A stretch of DNA of 64,000 nucleotides, taken from contig NC_135810.1 in NCBI RefSeq assembly GCF_964213995.1, forward strand, positions 1,922,001 through 1,986,000. The letters run 5' to 3'. Below are positions 41,015 to 53,454 of this stretch, in pieces; position 1 is the first letter of the stretch, and every line of letters begins with the position of its first letter. The notes beneath the pieces are model-generated. The model made no database searches and was not told the DNA's origin. It saw nothing but the letters and a program-made list of their open reading frames with translations. This stretch comes from Mustelus asterias (taxonomy: Eukaryota). Made by a program: the position numbers and the translations under genes.

Positions 41015-41175
41015 CTGTGCACTGTTTGAGAGCACATTCCCACTCCATCTGACGAAGGAGCAGTGCTCCGAAAGCTTATGGTGTTTGCTACCAAATAAAT
41101 CTGTTGGACTTTAACCTGGTGTTGTGAGACTTCTTACTGTGCTTACCTCAGTCCAACGCCGGCATCTCCACATCA
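41015..41175 (+). mobile_element. Penelope-like family A mini-insertion with intact hammerhead motif
   Basis: 161 bp between perfect 12-bp TSDs ggacatgaataa (41003-41014 / 41176-41187). Confidence 0.82.
41045..41081 (+). ncRNA. Minimal type-I hammerhead ribozyme motif (PLE type)
   Basis: CCAT-CTGACGA-A-GGAGC-agt-GCTCC-GAAA-GCTT-ATGG: core, stem II, palindromic stem III, stem I CCAU/AUGG. Confidence 0.7.
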
Positions 41176-41753
41176 GGACATGAATAAAGCAGAGATGCTT
41201 TACGGGGATATCATTGATGTCTTCTCTGCTATGTGGAGTGATGTTGACACTCCTAGGGTAGTGCAGAACTCTGGGTAGAACTCCAATTTTCCCATCCAAC
41301 ATGAAACCATCTGAAATGTTTTTGTTTGCTATGTTGCCTCGAATTGTTGTTGACACCAGATGTTGGTGAGTATAGAGTTAGCTGCTCTTGGTGCTCAACA
41401 CCCCTCCTTCAACCCAGATGCTCAAGTCCATGTTTTAAGGCTGTGATGGGGATGCTAGATACACTATATTGCTGAGCAAATAGGAAACCTGATCTGCTTT
41501 TGTAGAGTCTGCAGCAGATATGTGGCTTTATATGGCAGCAGGTCTCACTGAAGACATTTTGATCTACTTTTCCTCTTGGATGAAATATTGTCTTTGTGAA
41601 ACAAACTGCAGAAGTAATACATTTTTTGAAGCTCTGGTAAAGCCTCAAAGCGATTCTGGGGAATAGTGCTGGAAGAAATGAGCTCCTTGTGCGAACTGAA
41701 TCCGTTTGGGGTCAAAAAAGAGTTTAGCTTTGGTCAAATGACCACATCTCCTA

Positions 41754-41773
41754 CCACCGCCACCTAGTGGGCA
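41754..41773 (-). promoter_or_regulatory. CTCF motif in NAA50 intron 3
   Basis: Minus strand TGCCCACTAGGTGGCGGTGG fits the CCASYAGRKGGCR core. Confidence 0.55.
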
Positions 41774-44700
41774 CACAGGCACATACCTTCATAATGTCAC
41801 ATTTTCAGAAATGTGGAAACTTCTTTTTGAGAAAATTATTCCCTACTTCACTTCACAATGTGCCACTTCTCATGGTCCATCCTTGTCCAGAAGGTGGTTC
41901 CTTTTCGCTCTGAGGATCTCTGACCAGCAAGACCTGATCTGTTTTGAGAAATATAAGATTGGCTGAATGTTGGGGAAACTGCTTACTATTTACGTGAATT
42001 TCTGTACCACCTTTACCGACCTCAAGTAATACCAAAGTTCTTCACAGCCAATGAAGTACTTTTGAAGTGTGGTCACTGTGGTATAGGAAGCACAGCAGCC
42101 AATTTACATCAAGATCCCACAAGCAGAAGTATGACAATTGTTGAATCATCTTATTTAATGATATTGCTTGAGAAATAGATATCCATGCCAAATATCAGGG
42201 CGTAACTCCTGTGCTTTTTGAATTAGTGTAATGGTATCTTTTTAGTCCATTTGGGGGGGGCAGATGGGGGCTTCATTTAGTGGCATATATGAAAGAGGAC
42301 ACCTCCACTGATGCAGCACTCCCTCAGTGCTGCACTGGAGTGTCGGACTGGATTATGTGCTTGAGTTTGAGAAATTATAGAATAGCACAGTTCAGAAAGT
42401 GGCCATTTGGCCTATTGAACCTACACTGGCTTTTTTGAAGATAGTCCCACTCTCTAACTAACCCCTTCCCCATATTCCTGCACTTTTACAGTTCCCTTTT
42501 GAAAGTTTCTACTGAATCTGTTTATATCACCCAATCAGGCAGTACATTTCAAATCATAACCCCTTGTTTGTAAAGTAGCTTTTCCTCATGTTGTCTATTT
42601 TTACTTTGCCAATCACCTTAAATCTGTGCTCTCGACTCTTCAGCCATTGAAACAGTTTCCCTTCATTTACTCTGTCTAAACCTTTTTAACATTTTGGGCA
42701 TTGCTATTAAATCTTCTCTTAACCTTCTCTGCTCCAAGGAGAACAACCCCAGCTTCTCCACAGAACCGTAATCCCCCAACCCTTGGATCAATCTAGTAAA
42801 TCTCTTCAAATCCTTTACATCTTCACTGAAGTGTAGCGGGCAGAATTGGATTTAACACTCCAGCTGGGGTCTAGAAAGGTTTAATGTAACTTCCTGCTTT
42901 TGTTCTCTGTGCCTGTACAAAGCCAAGAATCCCATATGTTTTACTGACTGCTTTGTTAACCTGTTCCAATACATTCAAAAATTTCGATTCTCCAAACCCC
43001 CACCTTCTGAGTCCGAGGTGAGGATGCTGACACTTAATTTTGATTCGCTAACTGTGAGAATGTGTTCAGAATTTGAGATTCTGATCTGAGAAATTCCGAA
43101 AGTCTTGCTGTACTAGTTGGTGAGTAGAGGTCATCAATTTTAGTAGGGAGATATTAAGGTGAAATCTAAGAAGGTTAAGTTGTATGTCATGCCCAGTAAA
43201 GGCATGTCTTAGTCATAACATTATACATGGACTATATTCAGTATAGAATTTTCTGAAACTGCCTTTTCATTTAAAAATTGACTGTATCCCATGTTGTGTT
43301 GTTTTGCTGCACTGTCTTTCTAAATTGACTCTGAGGGTCAGGTGACTTTTACAATTTCTGCATAGACTCAGAAATATCTCAAAACTCTGGAGAGTTCCCA
43401 ATTGAAAGACCATGGATGAAGGCCCCTCTTGAATGGACATACTAAGTTGAAACCGCTTGTAGAATTCATACTTATCGTTTGTGGACTTACCCAAAACTCT
43501 CATCTGTGGAATCCTAGGCCGGAGTGTTACTGCCGCTCATGGCGGCAGAATTTTCCCATCCCACTGCAGTGAACGGAGATATGGCTGGCGCCAAATTCTC
43601 CAACCTCGCTGCAGCAGGAGCATGGTGTGAACGGCCGATAAGGCCATGCGCCGAGACTTACTATCTCAGAAATTGAAACTTATCAAAGAGAGCGGCAAAG
43701 AAACCAGTCAAATCGTAAGTTACATGTCAGTGGCCACCATCCAGCCCCACTGTGTAGCAATGGCTTCAAACTTCAAATTATTCTGGATGGACAACAGAAG
43801 TATTGAACGTGACTGTCCTACTTACTCCAAAAGAAATCAAGTCAGTCTGCAAACAGCACAGCAAAAAACAACATCAGTAGAAGCAAAGGCAGCAATATCT
43901 ATGCCTTAAAACCAGAGACTGCAACAACTTAAGGTCTTCGAGCTTATTCTTTTCAAATCCACTGGCACAGAAAACTGACCTAGTAATAAACCACAAGCAA
44001 CTAACTTTGTGACCTGCAGAAAAATCCATCTCTTTGAGGGAATTGTGCAATGACTTTGATATATGACTTCAGTTATTAGATTCTCCTCGCTACATTTGTA
44101 GTGTTGGAAAGAACCTATTCTTCTTCAGGCCTCCATTGAGACCAGCCAATTGTGTGACTTATGAACTATCCCTGTTTGTAATGTGTAAAAGTGCACTATC
44201 CTCTTTAACTATATTTTTTTCGAGTGTGTGAGAGAGAGGTGGTTAGTGAGTGATATAATATTAGATTTTGCAAAGTGAATCCATGAATAAATAACCTTCT
44301 TTATTTAAACCCACGAAAGCTTGCTGCTGGTTATTCAAATTGACTAAAGGTTAAGAAACACACACATCAAGACAGACTGATTACGGACAGCAAGGGAAAG
44401 GGACAGGAGTTTCCATTCTCATCTCTGTTTGTAACTCATGGCATGCCCTACCAGAAACAGTGGTGGTAGCAAAATCTACGGTCGTAGAGCCATAGAGGTC
44501 TACAGCACAGAAAAAGGCCCTTCAGCCCATCCACTCTGCGCCAGTCAAAGACAAACCACCCAACTATCCTAATCCTATTTTCAAACACTTGACTGGTGGT
44601 TTTAAAGGACAGTGAATAGATATTGGAAAAAGGAAAACTTGAAAGTACGAGGAAAATAGTATTTCCATTAGAGCTAGAAATGAAACGGACGAGGTAGGTG

Positions 44701-46579
44701 TTCCAGGATGGAGTGGACATTCAGAGGGCTGTAAAAAGCAACTGTCCTTAAATAAAATCTGCAGCACAGAAGCAGATCATTTCATCTGTTTATCTCATCG
44801 AATCCCTGAGATGGTGAGTTCCATATTCTTGTACATTTGTGATTGAAATGTAAAGGTTGTCCATTCCAGTGTGCAGTTTAGTAATGAAATGTAAGCATTA
44901 ACAATTTGCTATTACTGCCCGTTCATGGTTAATGGGCATGAAATTTGCCCCAAAGTTAAACCTGTTTAACAGCTGAATGCAGGGAATGTGCCAAATGCTT
45001 GTTGCTGGAATGAAATTGTGATTGAAACATTGGGAGTGAACACTGAGCATATCAGAAGGTTTCTGCATTAGACTGGATAAGCAAGCGGGCAAAAGCTGCT
45101 GTAGTGGATTCTCACTTTGCATGGATTGCAATTCAAAATATCTGGACTCACGTTTTAAAAAATCACCGTTTTGGATCAGTATCTTTGCTTTATCCGTAAT
45201 ACACAGAAGAGACTTTGATTACAGCTAACTGGACAGAACCGTGTCTGATCAGACTGTGCAACATCAAAATCAGGAACACAAAATGGTGGAAAAATTCAGG
45301 AGGTTTTGCAGCGTTTCTGAAATGAGAAACCGAGTTAACGTTTCAAGCTGATGACCTTTCAGAACATTTTGTTCCGCTTAATGGCATCAAATTCCATGAG
45401 TCTTTCAGTCTTGTCCAATACTTGGCAGTGGAACATGTTGAATGGACTGCAACACCAACTGACAGCCCATCAAGCTTCTTCATTTAATAGGCCTTTTAGA
45501 CCTGTTCCTATTTTGACTTTGGGATGTATCTGTTTAAAGTGCTGATGAAGAGTTCACCCCACTCAACGTACAGTCTCCAACTAGACAAAAATACAGTAGT
45601 TGCCCGATTAGATGTGTGACATGACAGTAACTCCTGGATGGAATTTATATCCTTTCCTGCTGCTCTGACAATTTGCCAGCGCCAGAGAGCTTGAGTCAAA
45701 AGTTGGCCGGTTAAAGGTTATGTATAAAAGTGCGGTACTTTAAAGTCAAAGTTGTTATCAGCTACCTACATTTTTAAAAAAATCTGGGGTTGTAATTTAC
45801 CTTTTGATCCAGTGGATCTCCACTTCAAATTGGGATGTTGTCATGGGGCAAAATGCCATTGGTGACTTTTTGTTGCTGGATGTAAAAGGCTGTGACCACT
45901 AGAAGCACCTTTCGGTAAGTGCAACCTCACGAGAAAAGTATTTTCGTGACTTTAAAACTGAGGAAAACTGGAAGGCTGCCATCGTTTGCTGCCTCTCAGC
46001 ACCAGGGGTCCAGGTTCGATTCCGGTCTTGGGAGTTCTCCCAGTCTCTGCGCAAGTTTCCTCCAGGTGCTCCAGTTCCCCCCCTCACTCCAAAGATGTGT
46101 AGGTTAGCTGGAAAATGTGTGGGGTTACGGGTATAGGGTGGGAAGATGGCCTGGGTAAGATGCTCTGTTAGAGAGTCGGTGCAGACTTGATGAGCCGAAT
46201 GGCCTCCTCTGCACTGTAGGGATTCTATGATTTGTGCTTTAATATCCAGCTCCAAGTACATGCGTTAATGAAGTAAGTTAATGTAAAAGCCCAGTTTGAA
46301 GGACAGAACTGAAAGTCAGTAGTCAGAGCAGATGTTTTGTCACACTTGTATAAAGGCATCACATCTGTGGCAAAATTCCGAGAGCTTTTATGGTCATGGT
46401 CTGTTTCCTGGAGCACAGCCTGACATATCCTAGTTGCTCCTCATCATGCCCTACCTTGGATTATGTGCATGTAACATTTTGGGTTACTGCCTACTTGTGA
46501 TGCACAGGCAATTTCTTTTCAGAGAATATGAGCTCTGACTACCAGCATTGAATGATTTATTCTTTTTTTTATTATTTAG

Positions 46580-46646
46580 GAACTAAAATGCTGAATCATG
46601 TGTTAAACATCTGTGAAAAGGATGGAACTTTTGACAATATTTATCT
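46580..46646 (+). CDS. NAA50: NAA50 exon 4
   Basis: Manual translation GTKMLNHVLNICEKDGTFDNIYL; tttag acceptor, gtgagt donor; 67 nt. Confidence 0.96.
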
Positions 46647-48155
46647 GTGAGTATGCACTGTTTTTTTCAAATCAGTTCTTCCCCAGCAGATAATTGTTTG
46701 TTAAACGCAAATTTGGAAATGGTTGTTGCATAAGATTGTACAGGGATGTTGCTTGTTTAGCAAACACAATTTCTGTACACTCAATATAAATGTCCGCAGC
46801 TTTTGCCTGCACAGTCTGCAAGCAATCTTAATATCAGCACTCAGATACTCCTTGTATCCATCAAGGTTTGGTGGGGGGATTGATTCTTGTTTGCAGGATG
46901 GATCCTGGCTAATGCCTCATTAGCGAAAAGGAGTCTGACCTCTGACCTGAGGTCCTGTCAGGATCTACAGCCTCTCACTTCAGACCCTGTCCACCTCTTC
47001 TTGTGGTGAGTCCTATTAACCGCTATCTCACAGCGGAGGGACAGATGTTGAAAAGGTGAAACAAAGCACATTGTGGCATGAAGTGTTACGGGTAGTTGGT
47101 AATTTTGGCAGATGTGGCACAATGGCAATGTAGTGTGGACTCTAGCAAAGGGTGAAAGCAGAGAAACACCCTGTATGCAGCTGCCAAAACTACCCAAAGG
47201 TCCTCCTCGCTTCTGGGATCATACAAAAGCAACAGAGAAAGTGGGGGCAGCAGCACGTAACCTTCCTGCATTATAATCAAATTTCTTGCTTGAATATCCA
47301 TCCATAATATTTTCTTCTGAGGTTTGTGTGTTCTAAAACACAACAGTGTTGATAAGTCACGTTATGCTCCAATCTCATTTTAAAATTTAGAACTTGCTGC
47401 AGTAATTGTCGGCTTTGGGGGGATGAGTTATGATGAAGGTGGGGGCGGGGGAAACTGCTATGATTTTTCCTTTTGAGCTTTGACAGAGGTGCCCATGTGT
47501 CGTTTCAACCACCCGAGTGCACAGCAAGCGTAAATAACTCTCGCCCTGTCTAAAAACTCACACCATAACAAGCCACCTAAGCAGCAGCAAGTGGGCTATT
47601 GATTAGGAAATGCATGGTGTGGTGTTCTGGACAGCTTTCGGAGCTGCCAGCAATATAAACACAGACTGTTCTTGTTATAAATTTGACCCTTTGGGCTTAC
47701 AGCAATTATACTCTTGGCTAAGTGTAGATGTTGAACTTTGCTGGCTTTAACCTACGCTGAGGGAACTTACGATGATGAAAGCTGTTGAGTGCTCCAAATT
47801 CTCTGTTTGTCTGCCAGTCCAAATCAGGCACCAGCGAGTGACATTCAGCCATTGTGTGCCAGAATAGCAGGGCGTTCGCTTGTCACGAGTTTAACATTGG
47901 TGCAAAATCAAAATCGCATGCTGAACTCGACGTGTAAATTGAGTCCAAAGCAAAGCATGATCCCCTTCCCCAGGGAACCCTTGCTTCATTTCCTTTTGGT
48001 ATCTGGTTAAGTGCGGGTTCCAGATTGAGTTCCCATTTACTAATGTAACAAAAGCGTTTCACCCCAATGCTGCAGCTGTACTGTAAATGCGTCCTGAGGT
48101 AAATGCTGAATTTCTAGAGGTGCTGTATACATTAACACTGTGTTTACCTTTGCAG

Positions 48156-48327
48156 GCACGTTCAAATCAGCAATGAATCAGCTATTGAATTCTACAGAAA
48201 ATTTGGCTTTGGAATAATAGAAACTAAAAAGAACTACTACAAGAGGATAGAGCCAGCTGACGCACATGTTTTGCAGAAAACCCTCAAATACATTTCTCCA
48301 TGCCAGAGTGTGGAAAATCAGAAGTGA
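48156..48327 (+). CDS. NAA50: NAA50 exon 5 coding part with stop codon
   Basis: Manual translation [56 protein letters not shown]; total CDS 504 nt = 167 aa. Confidence 0.96.
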
Positions 48328-48792
48328 AGTTGTGGCTGAGTGTGCACGTTTGTTGCCAAAAAAGTCTGTACAGACGGTTGGGGGGCGAGCGTCGAGAGGA
48401 ACCTGTTCTCTACAACGCGTTGTGGCAATATTCTTACCACATTAACCTGAAACCACTCAAAATTATTCTCGCATAAAGCATTCTGTATCTTCACCAGTTA
48501 GAATTAATGTATCTGAGACAAACAACCCATCTGCCAGAACTGTAATCAAAGCATGGGGGTTTAGGCATGTTTTTATTACTTTACCAAGTTCTAAATGGGA
48601 TTTTTTTTTTTGTTTTCCAATTCAAACGTGCAAAGAAGTGATCTGATTTTGTATTTAAAAAGAAATTCAGACCTATTCATGCATAGTTCATTTTTTTTTC
48701 CATAAAAGTTGAATTAGTACTTTCAAGAACTAATTGTCCTACAAACTTATTTGTGCCTATTGGAGTTATATCTCCCACTTTTCATTTCATGG

Positions 48793-48798
48793 AATAAA
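48793..48798 (+). terminator. NAA50: Probable NAA50 polyadenylation signal
   Basis: First AATAAA I found after the stop codon, at the end of an AU-rich, repeat-free ~470-nt 3'UTR-like stretch. Confidence 0.6.
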
Positions 48799-49114
48799 TA
48801 TTTCAATTTTAAAGGTGATACTGGATAGTCTGGTGTGCTCACTGATTCATTTTGTCAGCTGGAACCATGTCCTGTCCCTTTTGTCCTGCTGGAGCTGTTG
48901 GTGTATCCACCCACTGGTCTCAATTCCAGTGTTTGCTCCTATTTAATGTGTAGTCCAGCCTTGGGTTGTCAGGTTTCACAAGCCAAGCCTGTGCCACACA
49001 AGGATTGGATGAAACCTCAGGGTTGTGGCAGGAACACAAAGGGTCAGCTGTTGGGGCTTGAGGTGAAGCAATGGGGCCTTGGGTAAATTAATAACAATCT
49101 GATGTATTTTTAAA

Positions 49115-50985
49115 AGTTCTTTCATGAAATGTGGGCATCGTCTCCTCCTCACAACATTCGTTGTCCATTATTAATTGCCCTTGAGAAGGTGGCGAGTCGC
49201 TGCCTTGAACTTCTGCAGTCCATGTGGTGTAGGTACACCCACTGTTCTGTGAGGGAGCTCCAGGGTTTTGATCCGGCTACAGTGAAGAAAGGCCGATTAT
49301 ATTTCCAAGTCAGGGTGGTGTGTGGCTCGGAAGGGAACTTGCAAACGGTGGTGTTCCCATGTGTCTGTTGCCCTTGTCTTTCTAGGTGGTAGTGATTGAT
49401 GGTTTGGAAGGTTCTGTCAAAGGAGCCTTGGGTAGTTGCTACAGTGCATCTTGTATGTAGTACACACTGCTACCACTGTGTGTCATTGGTGGAGGGAGTG
49501 AATGCTTAGCTTAGTTGATGCAGTGCTGATCATGGAGGCTTCTGTGTCCTAGACGGTGTTGAGCTCCTTCTCTGTCCCAGATGGTGTTGTTGAACCTGCT
49601 CTTGTCCATCACACTCCTGACTTGAGCCTTGTAGATTGTGGACAGGCTTTGGGGAATTGGGAGGTGAGTTACTTACTGCAGAGTTCCCAGCCTTTGCTCT
49701 TGTAACGACAGCATTTATATGACTGGTCCAGTTCAGTTTCTGGTCAGTGGTAATCCCCAGGATGTTGTTGATAGGGGATTCAGTGATGATAATGCCATTG
49801 GATGTCATGGGGAAATGGTTAGATTCTCTCTTGTTGGAGATGGTCCTTGCCCAGCACTTATGTGACACAATGTTACTTGACACTTGCCAGCCCAAACCTG
49901 AATGTTGTCCTGGCCTTGCTGCAGATGGACGCAGACTGCTTCAGTATCTGAGGAGTTGTGAATGGTGCTGAACATTCTGCAGTCATCAGCGATCATCCCT
50001 CATGGTGGCAGGAAGGTCATTAATGAAGCAACTGAAAATGGTTGAATCTAGGACACTATTGTGAGGAACTTTGAAGCAAAGCCCTGTGATTGAGATAATT
50101 CACTTCAAATAACTTGAACCATCTTCCTCTGTGCTAGGCATGACTAATTAGTGGAGAGTTTTCCCCTGATTCCCATTGACTTCAATTTTGTCAGAGCTCC
50201 TTCATGCCACACTCTGTCCAATGCTGGCATGATGATAAGGGCAGTCATCCTCACCTCACCTCTGGAATTCCGTCCTTTTGTCTACGTTTGGAACAAGGCT
50301 GTAACAAGGTCTGGAACTGAGTGGTTGTAGCAGAACCCTAGCTGAGCACCAGCGAGCAGGTTATTGCTGTGTGAGTGCCATTTCACAGCACTGTCGACGA
50401 CACCTTCCTTCACTGATGATCGAGAGAAGGTCTGGTCGGATTGGATTTGTCCCACTTTTTGCAGACAGGATACACCTGGGCAATTTTTCATATTGTTGGG
50501 TGGATGTCAGAGTTGTAGCTGTATTGGAATCCTTAGCTCCATAGCTCTGTCTATTGCATGCTGCTTCTGCTGTTTGTCATGCAAATAGTCCTGTGTTGTA
50601 GCTTCACCAGGTTGATGCTTCTTTTGGGTAGGCTTGGTGCATGCCCTCCTGCACTCTTCATTGAACCAGGGTTGATCCCTTGACTTGGTGCTATGATAGA
50701 ATGAGGGATATTCTAGGCCATGAGGTTACAGATTGTGGTTGGATACAATTCTGCTGCTGCTGATGGTCCACTGCATCTCATGGATGCCCAGTTTTGAGCT
50801 ACTGGATCTGTTCTGAATTTAGGATGGTGGTGCCACGCAGCACCATATAGTGTATGCTCAGTGGGAAGTGGGACTTGATCTTCACAAGGCCTCTGGGGTG
50901 TCACTGCTACCTATAATGTCATGGACAGTTGCATCCAGAATAGAGAGATTGGTGAGGACCAAGTCTAATAGCTTTTTCTCTTTGC
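49115..50985 (-). mobile_element. CR1-group LINE family B, decayed copy with RT
   Basis: MIADDCRMFSTI (RT catalytic motif) and [17 protein letters not shown]; many frameshifts. Confidence 0.85.
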
Positions 50986-51059
50986 CTCTGAATTACTAGT
51001 CCAATGACATGACCACTGTTTCCTCCTGGGGAAATGGATAGTGCAAATCAGGGAGCAGC

Positions 51060-52525
51060 CAAAGAAACAGGACTGGGATATTCCAGAAGAGTTTCAACAC
51101 TGGCACCTGCCCAACAATGTGGAAAATTGCCCGTGTATGTCCTGTGTACACAAAGCAGGACAAATCCAACCCGGCCAATTACCGCCCAATCAGTCTACTC
51201 TCGATCATCAGTAAAGTGATGGAAGGGGTCATCAACAGAGCTATCAAGCAGCACCTGCTCAGCAATAACCTGCTCAGTGACGCCCAGTTTGGGTTTCACC
51301 AGGGTCACTCAGCTTCTGACCTCATTACAGCCTTGGTTCACACATGGACAAAAGAGCTGAATTCCAGAGGTGAGGTGAGAGTGACAGCCCTTGACATCAA
51401 GACCACATTCGACCGAGTGTGGCATCAAGGAGCCCTAGCGAAACTGGAATCGATGGGTATCAGGGGCACACTCTCCACTGGTTGGAGTCATACCTGGCAC
51501 ATAGATGGTTGTGGAGGGTCAGTCATCTCAGCTCCAGGACATCTCTGCAGGAGTCCCTCAGGGTAGTGTCCTAGACCCAACAATCTTCAGCTGCTTCATC
51601 AATGACCCTCCCACCATCATAAGGTCAGAAGTGGGGATGTTTACCAATGACTGCACAATGTTCACCATTCGCGGCGACTCAGATACTGAAGCAGTCCATG
51701 TTCAAATGCAACAAGATCTGGACAGCATCCAGGCTTGGGTTGACAAGTGGCAAGTAACATTCGTGCCACACAAATGCCAGGCAATGACCATCACCAATAA
51801 GAGACACTCTAACCACTGCCCCATGGCATTCAATGGTGTAACCATCACTGAATCCTCCACTGTCAACATCCTTGGGGTTGCCATTGACCAGAAACACTCC
51901 ACATAAACACAGTGGCTACAAGAACAGGTCAAAGGCTAGGAATACCGTGGCAAGTAACTCACCTCCTGACTCCACAGAGCTAATCCACCATCTACAAAGC
52001 ACAAGTCAGGAGTGTGATGGAATACTCCCCACTTGCCTGGATGGGTGCAGCTCCAACAACACTCAAGAAGCTTGACACCATCCAGGACAAAGCAGCCCAC
52101 TTGATTGGCACCACATCTACAAACATCCACTCCCTCCACCACCGACGCTCAGTAGCAGCAGTGTGTACTATCTACAAGATGCACTGCAGCAATTCATCAA
52201 AGATCCTTAGACAGCACCTTCCAAACCCACAACCACTTCCATCTAGAAGGACAAGGGCAGCAGATACATGGGAACACCACCACCCACAAGTTCCCCTCCA
52301 AACCACTCACCATCCTGACTTGAAAATATATCACTGTTCCTTCACAGTCGCTGGGTCAAAATCCTGGAATTCCCTCCCTAACGGCATTGTGGGTCAACCC
52401 ACAGCACATGGATTGCAGGGATTCAAGAAGGCAGCTCACCACCACCTTCTCAAGAGCAACTAGGGATGGGCAATAAATGCTGGCCCAGCCAGCGACGCTT
52501 ATGTCCTACGAATGAATAAAGAAAA
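51060..52525 (+). mobile_element. CR1-group LINE family B, RT region to 3' end
   Basis: WKIARVCPVYTK..NPANYRPISLLS..QFGF..ALDIKTTFDRVWH..GVPQGSVL..FTNDC; A-rich tail. Confidence 0.92.
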
Positions 52526-52563
52526 TTCAACATCTTTGACAGCCTCAACCCGTGACCTACCTC

Positions 52564-53160
52564 GATTTTGATTTATTATTGTCACATGTATTAGCACACA
52601 GTGAAAAGTATTGTTTCTTGCATGCTATACAGCCAAAGCATACCGCTCATAGAGAAAGAAACGAGAGAGTGCAGAATGTAGTGTTACAGTCATAGCTAGG
52701 GTTGAGAGGAAGATCAACTTAATACAAGGTAAGTCCATTCAAAAGTCTGATGGTAGCAGGGAAGAAGCTGTTGAGTCTGTTGGTATGTGACCTCAGACTT
52801 TTGTATCTTATTCCCGATGGAAGAAGATGCAAGAGAGTATGTATGGGGTGCGTGGGGTCCTTAATTATGCTGGCTGCTTTGCCAAGGCAGTGGGAAGTGT
52901 AGACAGAGTCAATGGATGGGAGGCTGCTTTGCGCGATGGATTGGGCTACATTCACAAACCTCTGTAGTTTCTTGCGGTCTTGGGCCGAGCAGGAGTTATA
53001 CCATGCTGTGATACAACCAGAAAGTATGCTTTCTATGGTGCATCTGTAAACATTGGTGAGAGTCAAGGATGACATGCCAAATTTCCGTAGTCTTCTGAGA
53101 AAGTAGAGACGTTTCTGGGCTTTCTTAACTATAGTGTCAACGTGGGGGGGGGACCAGGAC
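52564..53160 (-). mobile_element. Rex1/Babar-type LINE 3' fragment; other copies ~11440-11690, 39715-39930, 59062-59390
   Basis: VKKAQKRLYFLRRLRKFGMS..YRCTIESILSGCITAWY..LLPSG.RY; tail tgtgacaataataaatc. Confidence 0.85.
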
Positions 53161-53454
53161 AGGCTGTTCCTAGACAAAGGAAGCAGATACGTGGGAACAC
53201 CATCACGTGCAAGTTCTCCAAGCCACACTTGGAAATATATTGCCGTTCCTTCACTGTCGCTGGATCAAAATCCTGGAACTCCCTCCCTAATAGTATGGTG
53301 GACTGCAGCAGTTCAAGAGGCAGCTCAACACAACCTTGTCAAGGGCAATTAGGGATGGGTAATACATGCTGGACTTGCCGCTGGTGTCCACATCCGTGTA
53401 TGAATAAAGATAAGTTGTTGAAATTGAGTGAGTATTGATGTGTTCTTGAGCTTG

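Noticed and set aside
47765-47930. Box C (ATGATGA) ... box D (CTGA) snoRNA candidate in NAA50 intron 4
   Set aside because: The boxes are ~150 nt apart, with no convincing terminal stem or recognisable guide sequence.
51117-52463. Potentially active reverse transcriptase gene
   Set aside because: It is 5'-truncated, split over several frames, and the catalytic motif has degenerated to FTND.
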